From Lepidodermella squamata (lineage: Eukaryota; Animalia; Gastrotricha), in contig JBLDXI010000033.1 of NCBI GenBank assembly GCA_047495785.1, positions 1,302,001 to 1,366,000 on the forward strand: a stretch of 64,000 bases of DNA, written 5' to 3'. Below are positions 49,053 through 59,400 of the stretch, piece after piece. Positions within the stretch are counted from its first letter, which is position 1; each line of letters starts with the position of its first letter. A model generated the notes under the pieces. That model had not been told where the DNA came from. It did no database searches and saw only the letters and a list, made by a program, of their open reading frames with translations. The translations under genes were made by a program, and so were the position numbers.

Positions 49053-51242
49053 GCTGTCGGAAATCTGCTGCCCTACTTTTTGTTAGGACCCGAGGTGAGC
49101 CAAAATAATTTTGCATGTCTACTATTATTATTCCTACCCATTATAAAATCAGACTCGTCGCCGGTCGATGAATCGGCGGCCGATGGTGATAACAGACTGC
49201 TGCTTTCACCGCCTAAAAACAGCCTAGAGCCAGTTATTGGCGAATCGCCGTTGTTGTTTTCTGCATCGGCACCGAAGTACCAGCGCGTTGGCGCAGCACC
49301 GCCGCCGTCAGCGTCGTCGTGCAGAGACATGACCACATGCGACGGGGGCACGTATCGCTCATCGTATTGGGCGCCCATTTTTATTGTGCGTTTTTCCAAG
49401 TCGCCAGCAGCAGCCACAGCAATAAAGCGCGCACTTGAAGCGCGGTGTGTGTTGTTTTGCTGTGCGTATTATTATTACCACGTCAAGCCTTTTTTCGTGA
49501 TGACGATAAGTGAATGACTCATCAATCAGGCGAGCGATCACAAATGCAGAGAGAGCGCCTTAATGATTTGCAAACAAGTATAATCCGGTATAATGCAACT
49601 AGAAACAATAAGCACAATATATAAAATCCATACAAAATCCTAAGGTGGACGTAAGAAATTTTTCTTCGCGTATAAAAATTTTGCAAAAATTCGTAGTCAC
49701 AGGAAATTGCTTCAACGGAGCTAATACTAAATTTCGCGAACTATATTTATATTCATGTAGCTCCCTGCAATTTAGCTTTAGAAATCTAAAATTAAAATAA
49801 TTGTAGATGTCCTGGACTGCCAGGCCCGTATGTTTCCGAAAAATTTGCCATATCACGCAATAATATGGATGAAAAAAATATTAGCTATAATATAGATGTT
49901 GCGGCAGTTGATACATGATTTCGCTATTAAATCAATCGCTCGTACGCGATGGTTTTTGGGCTCCGTGCTGGGATTTGAGCAGCTTTACGCACCAGTTTTA
50001 TCGACAAGGGATGAACGCGAGTGTTGAAAAAAATCCATAAAAATAAGCGCGATTGCTTAACATACTATAGGTGGCGATTTGTAATAACGCATCGCAAAAA
50101 ATGTGGTTAATTGATTCCTCGTTGAATATACAAGATCGTGTATCAAGTCAACTTCAAAAAATGAGCTGATTTTTCTGAAACGATGCTATCGCTGCTTCAT
50201 TCCCACAGTTATTTCGAAGAATAAAAAACTAATTTTTAATAAACCGAGAAGTATAGCCATTTGATTGAGATTAAGAAACTAGTTGATTAATTCACGAAAA
50301 ACAGCATGTAAAATGACGAGTTTGACCTCTTCCTCTCGAGTTCGAAAGAAAGATGAGTTTAGCAATAGGCAAGTTATTACCCATCTTTATTTCTGTGTAT
50401 TATTTCTAGCGCTATCAAACAAATGATAGTGGCGAGCGGAGAGGGATAGGAAAAAAAAACCACCGCCGAAGCGATGATAATAGCTTCATCGTGCGAGTGC
50501 GCATCACGATTTGTGGGAACTCGGCAGACACGTAAACATCGAATATAGTATAGATGGGTTAAAGTCCTTCATGCTGCTACGAAGCATAGAGATGAATAGG
50601 TAGGCATAAAGTCAGCACGAACTAGCCCGCGGAAAAAATACTTTGGCTTATTTGATTTATTGATTTTATCGACGCGAAACAAGACCAAATAATAATCATC
50701 GTACTAAAATAATAACCGAGCTAGGATAAGTACCCGGAAGTACTGCGTTTACCCTATAGCGTTATTGCTTCATTTTATTTACCCAAGAATTTCAATCAAA
50801 CGAGAAATGACAAGTTATTGCCGGGCTATAGGTGATGATCATTCGATTAGTTGAACGCAGCGTGGGTTATGCGTGAAAATGCGGACTTCGCCCCCATCGC
50901 AAGTTCTGCGATATAAATGACAATGCACAGGCGGCAATGGCGTGTGGGTTTTAGGTCGCATCTAATTGCCGTCTGTCGCGATACATGACAGCGTGTGACT
51001 GCGATGCCGCCTTGAGGTCAATCAAGTGTGAAATAATTTTTATTTTATAATCCATTGGGTATACAAAAAATATCGCTTTTCACTTACATTAACTGATATT
51101 CTTCAGAGATTTTCCCGCCACGATAGCAAAAAAAATCCGATTTAATTAAAAATATTTATTCTCCGAGGTTTAAAAGCGAAAATCTTAACTCAACAATTTT
51201 AAGGTGGATTAAAATGAAAATATTTGAGATCGAGACTGGACA

Positions 51243-53022
51243 TTAATATCGTGGCGTGTAAAAGCCTTGTTTGAAAGTGAACTGTTTGGTTTTTCGAGCC
51301 GATTTCGGAGATATTTCCGGTGAATCCATTGCAAGTTTCGCATCTGATTCGAGTAGCGATACAGACCCACCGTATGTGGCTATTTCAGTTCCTATTCGCT
51401 TTTGTTCAGCTTCCAACAGCCGTAATTGCTCGGCGTCGTAGGACTCGGCATCCTGAAACACTTGACATCGCTTCATACATTGATGCTCGTCCGGCTTGTC
51501 GCGGGTTCTATAGCAGCTGCAGAAATGCTCGGTCGCATCAATCTGAGATGGGGGACCGATATTAATAAAATAAACTTAAAATTTAAAATTCTCACGTTCG
51601 GCTCCCGGCAAATGTAGCACATGCTTGTATAGCACTTGGGGCACGTCACGAAATTCGAACTTCCATTGTTCTGCCAAAGCTCCGTGTTGCATTTCGAACA
51701 TTTTCGCTTCACAATCGCATTCTTCTTCTCCTCCCTAAATAAATTGTAAAAAAGTTCAAAATTTCAAAAATTTCAAAATTTTACCATTCTAGCTGAAGCT
51801 TAGCCTCTTGAACACGTTTGCAATTTTGACAATCGGTTTCTTTGATGTCAGACCAAGCCGCTTGGCATTTATGGCAAAATGCGTACCAACACCTGGCGAT
51901 CGGGCATCGAGTTGCCCCGGGCCTAGCCAGTTCGTGTTTGTCCGCAATCCAGTCGTAGGCGCACTGTGGACACCGGCGATGCAGCTTCCGGTCGTCATTT
52001 GTAAGCTCATGAGCAGCTTCCAGTGACGTGAAATACCGCTTTGTGTTGACGTCCAGCATACGTTCGAATTCGTAAAGATGGCCTGGACTGACTTTTGTCG
52101 CGATTTCCTGCCTCAGGAAAATTGACTCGCAAGTCGGGCATGGCAGGTAATATTTCTGCGCAATACATTTTTCAATAAAAATTAATTTAAATTGTTTGAA
52201 AATTTATTAGTTAATTAAAATTTAATTTTAATAATTTTAATAATTTAATTACATTTTAATTTAATTTAAGCTAATTTATATAATTTTGATGAAGTTGAAT
52301 TTTTGAAGAAACTCTGCTACAACATTAGTAATTTTGTCTACTCATATTTTGAAATTAAAAACTTACTCCTCCTGTGCCGTTAACAGTGCAATGTTTCGTC
52401 CAACGAGCCATGCAATTTTTGCAAAAGAGATGATCGCCTCGGCAAGGTATCATTTCATTGATATCAAACAGATCGAAACAGAGCATGCATTGCGTTTTAA
52501 CGAGTCGCTCGTCGTAGTCTCTGAATAACTTCACCATTCGATGACATTTCGGGCAGTAATACACCGTACATCCTGGCACGAGATCGCTTGAAATCGCCGG
52601 CAAAAAACAGGATGGGCATCGTTTGAAATAGGGCGTGATATTTCGAGGCGCGAAACGGCGGTTGAGTCGAATCAAAAAATCCATCAACGAATCGCGATTT
52701 GTCGAGGCGGCTATGGTTAGTAATTTCGGATCGACCTTAGACGTGCTGATTTTCAAAGGCTGGCCGCGGAATTGCGTCTGGTCAAGCGAGACCGCCTTGT
52801 CGTAGCTATCTTGCTTTCGAAATTCGACGATCGCGTAGCTAAGATACAGCTAATGTATTGTTTTTATAAGGACGATGAGTGTACTCACCCTAATGACTGG
52901 CCAGTTTTCGGGTCCCGCTGGAGTTTGACGCGCGGTGCTTCGCCGCATTTTGAGCCGAAGTGCAGGCTCAGTTCTTGATCTGACGTTCCTTTTTCGAAAT
53001 TACCGACGAGAAGGCTTAACAT
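51243..53022 (-). CDS. RRM (PABPN1-like) fused to an RNF216/TRIAD3-like RBR (RING1-IBR-RING2) module; 5 exons
   Basis: LLVGNF...ELSLHF..CG...RV...D..TG.SLG|YAIVEF...AVSLD...FRG..LKI (RRM). CMLC..C...H.FC..C...C..C (RING1); RRCPQC...CP..RC...FC..C...W (IBR). CSKC...TCPKC...MCYIC..|..EHFC...C..RC..F.D...D (RING2 plus RNF216-type tail). May extend upstream past the acceptor at 53052. Confidence 0.8.
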
Positions 53023-53257
53023 TTCGCTGTCACGCAAATATATGGAAAAAGCCTAAAAACTTGGAAATTTAATCCAAATCAGTTAGAAGACGATGGTAAT
53101 GAAGTAAAAAATGTTGCTAAAAGACTGCCGTATTCCAGGAGAAAAATTGCTTCGAGTTACCTGAGTATGAAAGGCTATTGAATTTGAAGTCTTTTGACAT
53201 GAAAAACTGCCCTCAATAGCAACGCACGCATTGACAAAATCGTGATTATTCTTAGGT

Positions 53258-53293
53258 CAATTAGGCGACATTGCGCAATCTGCCGCCTAATTG
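53258..53293. promoter_or_regulatory. Symmetric element in a head-to-head promoter
   Basis: CAATTAGGCG ... ATTGCGCAAT ... CGCCTAATTG; TATAAAA at ~53334. Confidence 0.45.
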
Positions 53294-53436
53294 CCTTATT
53301 TGAGTTGCGCAGCTATTACGCGAGTAATTCGATTATAAAACGATTTTTCTCAAAGAAATTTATCACACTTTTTAAATCATCTTGTCTATAGTTTATCTCA
53401 ACACATTTTTCACATCAATATTTTCGATTGATTTTA

Positions 53437-56400
53437 ATGTTTGATTTTATATCAAACCCGCCGATCCTTTCGGCGCTGTTGGTGCTGTTATCGGCGTCAG
53501 ATTTGGTGTCCAGTCAGGGCTTTGAGGCTTACTCGAGTCGAAACCAAACCTGCTGTACGGTCGATGTTGTCTACGTCATAGACAACGCGTACTACAACTC
53601 GAGCAATGAAACGTTCCCAGGCGCTGCGATTTTCAACGCCCCAGAAACATCGTGCATGGACCTGCGGTTTGCTTCGGTCGAGTTCGGAAGCGACGCCAAT
53701 GTGATATACTGGCTGAGCAACTTCACTAGCACCGAAGAAAGTCTCGCGGCTATTCAGAATTACACCCTGGGACCTTATCTTGGGCCGGATCACAACGTCT
53801 CCGCAGCCTATGATCTCGTCAATTCAACGGTAAGCCAAATTTTTTGCATAAATTATTAATTATTAATTTTAATTTTAAATTGATTAATATTTAATTTTAA
53901 TTTTAATATTTTTTTGAAAATTCACAAATTTTTCGAAATAAAAAAATTAATTAAATTGCTAGTTAACTTTTTTAATTAATTTGAAAATTTTTTTTTTTCA
54001 GGTGCTCATTGTGAGTAATGGCAGGCGATCGAATGCCTCAGCCGCCGTTATCCTGTTCACTGGCGCCGATCTCGGCAACCAAACCAGCATGGCCCTGCTC
54101 GAATTTCTCAATTCGACCGCACACTTGCTGGTCGTCGCTTCAGGCAGCAACTACTCGAACGAAACCTACCTCAACTACGTCACATCGCCTGACTACCTAT
54201 TCAACTACGAAAACTTGACCGCCAGCAACCAGACGAATCAAATTCTCCGCGAGTTTTGCCCGAACGCTTTCGGAGCGCCAACCTGCTGCAAATCCGACGT
54301 TGTTTTCGTCATCGACCGCGCGTTCCTCGACACGCTGAACGAAACTGAGCGAGCCAACATTCTACAGCGCAGCTTCGAGAGTCAAAACCTGCAATGCCCG
54401 GACTTGAAGATCGCCATCATTGAATTCGGCTCGATCGCGACAGTTTTCGCCAATTTCCAGAATATGACTACGCCGAATGAAACAATTTCCAACTTTTTGG
54501 CCGAGGAGATGACGAGCAACTACAGCCTAGGAAGCGGGCACAACCTTCACCTAATGCCTCATCTTATCGAAAGCAAGGTTAGAAAAAATAAATTTAATTT
54601 TACTTTAAATTCGAAAAATTGATAAAAAAATTAAAATTAAAAAAATGTAAAAATAATTATTAAAATTTGAAAATTAAAATTATTAAAGTGAAATTGAAAA
54701 ATTTGATTGGAGGATTCAATTTTTTAATTTTTAATTTTCTAAAAACTTAAAAAAATTAATTTCCAAATTTTTCCAGGTTTTGAAACAGCAACTTGGCCAT
54801 CGAAGGGATGCTAAGCCTGTGATTGTTGTAGTCACCGGTGCCGATCCTTCGTACCCTGCCCTTGCCGAATGGCGATTCCGGCAACTCGAACGCCACACTG
54901 GAGCTGTGGTTCTGGTCGAAGCAATTGGCTCGAACTACACTGAAAATTACTTGCTACCGATCGCCTCAAGCCCCGAAGACTTCTACGTCCTTGGTGGCAA
55001 TTCGACCGACTTCAACAACACCGAAGTTTGGCAATCAGTCTGCAAGGTCTGGCCCCAACCCGCCACCCCACCGGTTCCGAGCTTCTGCTGCGATACCGAT
55101 TTAGTCTACATGATCGACCAGGCCTACTTCTCAACGCTGAACCAATCAGACCAGCAAATGATTTTCAATCAAATTTTCAGCGATGACCTTCTGATTTGCC
55201 CTAATGTCAATGTCGCCATCGTTGAATTCGGGTCAAATTACACGATTGTCAAGTATTTCAACGAAACTGGTGGCTATGCGCCTTACGACTACCTGGTCGA
55301 CTATTCGATTTCGAACAACACCCAGGGCGATGAGCATAACGAAGAGTTGGTCTACCCTATCGTTCGAGATGTTTTGCTGTCGCCGGATTTCGGCCGCAGG
55401 TCTAACGCATCGGCTGTCGTGTTGCTGGTAACCGGGGCTGATCCGACCAACCAGAACGCATCTGCTATCGAGGCGATGCTAACTGGCGCGAACGCGACTA
55501 TGAAGGTGTTGGCAATCGGCAATAACTACACCGAGATGTCCCTCCGCGATTTGGCGAGTACCTACGCCGATTTCGTGCCCTACGACCTGCCGATGATGCA
55601 TGACAACGAAACCATGATGATGCCGTTCAACACAGCCGAAATCTACGGCGACATCTGCCCGTCTACCGTTACCTACTGCTGTTTGTCTGACATCGTTTTC
55701 CTGATTGATCGAGCTTACTTCGCGAACAATACCAACCAAACTGAGCAGTTGACGCAGTTGTTCACCGATAACCGCTTGGCGTGCCCGGACATTCGTGTGG
55801 CAATCGTTGAGTTCGGCTCGGTGGCGAATGTGGTCATGTACCTGAATGAGTTCAATACGCCGGAGGATTTGGTCGTTTTCTTGCAGAACTACACCTTGGG
55901 ACCGGATCTTGGCAACGAGCACAACGCGGCAGCAGCTTATGCCCTCGCTGCTTCCGATGTAAGTCATTTTGAGAATTTAATTTAATTTAATTTAAAAATA
56001 ATGAAAATCAAATTTTAAATTTTAAAATTTAAATTAAAAAAATAATTAAAATCAAATTTGTGCCGGGAAAAAATAATAAATATTTTTCAAGATTTTTTTA
56101 GATTTTCCAACATAAATATTTTTCCTTTGGAATATTTCAGCTGAATTTTAATTTCGCCGTTTTCCGAATTTCCAATTTTTCTAAATTTCTTTCCAATTTT
56201 TCGAACTAGGTTCTCACGTATGACAACGGTCAACGGCCAGCTGCGACTCCCTATGTCGTTTTGGTAACTGGTGCCGAGTTGACGAACCTTACCGAAGCCA
56301 TCAGTGAAGCCTCGGCTTTGAAGCAAAACAACACCATTCTACTGGCGAACATCATTGGCGACATTTCAAACACCTCGTCCCTTGAACCCCTGGTTTCGCT

Positions 56401-59400
56401 GCCGGAATACATTTTCACTGCAAACAACACGAATTCGACCGCTGCAAACGCTACTCTGTTCGATGTTCTGTGCACGGAAGTTTTGCCCCCGATCCCGACG
56501 AACGCCACGTGTTGCCCGGCTGACATTGTCGTTCTGATCGATCGCGCCTATTTTGCGAACCAAACCAACCAAACTGAAGTCCTGGGCCAGATTTTCGACC
56601 TGCGGAACCCGCATTGCCCCGAGATTCATGTTGCAATCATCGAATACGGCTCGAATGCGAGTGTCATTTTGTACCTGAACAACTTCACGGCGAGTTCGGG
56701 TAACATGACTTTGGGTACAGCATTGCGAAACTACACCCTAGGCCCTGATCTTGGACCTGACCACAATGCCAACATGGCCTACGCCCTAGCCAACAGCCAG
56801 GTAAATAATTCAAATTAATTGAAATAATGGAAAATTGATTTCAATCGTCTCCAGGTTTTGACCGAAGAAAATGGATTCCGACCGAACGCTACGACCGTTA
56901 TTGTCCTAGCCACTGGAATCGAACCGACGATGCTGAATGAAACTATTTATGAAGCCTTGCAGTTGAAGCAAAACGGCGCCCTTCTCGCCGTCAGCGCGTT
57001 CGGCGATGCTTACAACCAATCGTCACTCGCAGCCCTTGCTTCGTCGCCTGAGTACTTCTTCCCAGTGAGTGAAAATCAAACCGAATCAGTTGCTAACCAA
57101 TTTTTGCGATCAATTTGCGCTGCGAATACCACCTACATCGCCCCGTCAAACAACTCGTCGACTACAACCCCCACGGGCTCGGAGACTACAACGCCTACCG
57201 GCTCGATGACTACGACCACAAGCAGGCGGCGGAGACACCGGCAGCCGATTTGCTTCGGCTGGATTTGCTTCCGGGACGATGAAGATCCTTCGATGAACAC
57301 GACCTGCTGCGCCTCTGACCTCATTTTCGTCATCGATCGCAATTACTTCCTGCAAAATTCGTCCAGTGGCGAATCGATGGGCAACGAAACAATGGCTGGC
57401 AATCGAACTATGCTGCTACAACAACTGTTCAACAACTCGAAATTGGCTTGCCCCGATGTTCAAGTCGCGATTGTCGAGTACGGCTCGAATGCGACAGTTA
57501 TCGCCTACCTGAACAATTTCACTAATGCGGTTATGATGGAGGGCGGTGAAGACAATTCGACCAACGCGACAATGTCAACTGAGCTTATCGATTTCCTTCA
57601 AAATTACACGACCAGTCTGGGCAGTATGGACCTTGGGCCACTGCAAAATCTCGATTTGGCTTATCTTCTTGTTCAATCTGAAGTTTGAATTTTTTCCATT
57701 TTTCCCTTCTTTAATTAATTGTTCGAAGTGTTCTTTCGTACACATTTATCTAAGGCGAAATTACCTTTCATATTAGGGTTAGGACTTGGTTGAGGTTCAA
57801 GGTTAAGGTCGGGATTGGGTTCAGATCGATTTTCAGTTTTTCCAAAGTTCGATTTTAGGTTCCCTGAACTTCACCCAATAGATACCAATAGCTTCACCGT
57901 TTGGGTTAGGGTTAGGGTTAGGGCTTCGATAGGGTTCAGGGTAAAGGTTAGGGTTGGGTTTAGGTTGATTTTCGAGTTTTTCCAAAGTTCTATTTTGGGG
58001 TCCTTGAACTTCACCCAATAGCTTTTCCAAGCGAAAGGAAATTTGCTAGGTTTCCTGAACCCCATTTTAAAAACCGAAAACTAGCTGGCATTTCCTTAAC
58101 GTTTCCAGCTCGAATTAATTTTATGTTTAATTATAGATTGCACCCTAATTTCTTTCAAATCCTAGGTTTTGTCGCCTGAATACGGTCGCCGGTCAAATGT
58201 CACGGCTTTTGTCATCTTACTGACTGGCTCAGACCCTACAAACGATACTGCGGCTCAAAATGCTTCGCTGGCGCTTCAACCGAATGCAACCATGGTTGTT
58301 CAAGCGTTCGGCAACAACTACACCCAACCGCTGCTCGAATCTCTGGCTACGTCACCTAGCTATTTCTTCGTAATGAATGAAACCTCGTTCGAAAATATGA
58401 CAGCAACAAACGAGACATCTCAATCACTTTTCGACATTGTTTGCGCTTCAATGGCCCAGAACGAAACTGCATCTCAAAACCAAACCGCCTCGAATCAAAC
58501 CTGCCCGGTTATCGATATCGTTCTGCTGGTCGATACTGCCTATTTCTTGCAAAATGCGTCGGCACTGAACGCGTCGGCGGGTGGCGGAAACATCACGAAC
58601 AACTGGTCGAACGAAACTCAAACTCCGTTAGTCTTCCTGAACCAGCTGCTCAACAACCCGCTGTTCGAATGTGCGACAATCCAAGTTGCGATCATCGAAT
58701 TCGGCTCGTCAGCTAGCCCTGTGTTGTACCTGAGCAATTTCACGGCAAACGCGACCAGTCCACAATCGATTGAACGAGCTGCTGGTGACATATTCCAGTC
58801 TCTCGCCGATTATTTGAGAAACTACACCTCGGGTCTTAATAACCTTGGTCCGCAGCATAATGTGGCGCAAGCGTTGCAAACTGCAGCTCAGTCAGTCTTG
58901 AATTGCTGCGGTCGCCGAGTCGACGTCCCGGCTTCTATTTTGCTGATAACCGGCGCTGATCCTTCGAATCAAACTGCGGCGGAAAGCGAGGCGAATTCGC
59001 TGAAGAATGACACAACGATCATCGTGATTGGGGTGGGTGACAATTTCACGCAAAGTCTCCTGGAACCTCTGGCTACGTCGTCGCAATTCTTCCTGCCTGT
59101 CTTGCAAACTGAAAGCCCGGAAGTTGCGATTGAACAAATTGCGGCTTTGATCGCCGCTGCGGCTGAAAATGCGACCGCAGCTAATGCTACTTCGACTACC
59201 AACGAAACTACTACAGCGACACCTGCTTTCAATGAAACAACGACTGCCTCTGGTTTTAATGAAACTACAACTGCCACCGGTTTCAACGAAACTACAACTG
59301 CCTCTGGCTTCAACGAAACTACAACTGCCACAGGTTTCAACGAGACTACGACGGCAACTGGTTTCAATGAAACTACGACAGCAACTGGATTCAATGAGAC

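Noticed and set aside
49520-51200. Long ORF-poor region
   Set aside because: No recognisable RNA gene or repeat structure; probably the upstream regulatory or 5'UTR-intron region of the minus-strand membrane protein gene.
57815-58065. ORFs with VRVRVR / PNPNPN / LTLTLT
   Set aside because: Translations of the TTAGGG-like repeat inside an intron.
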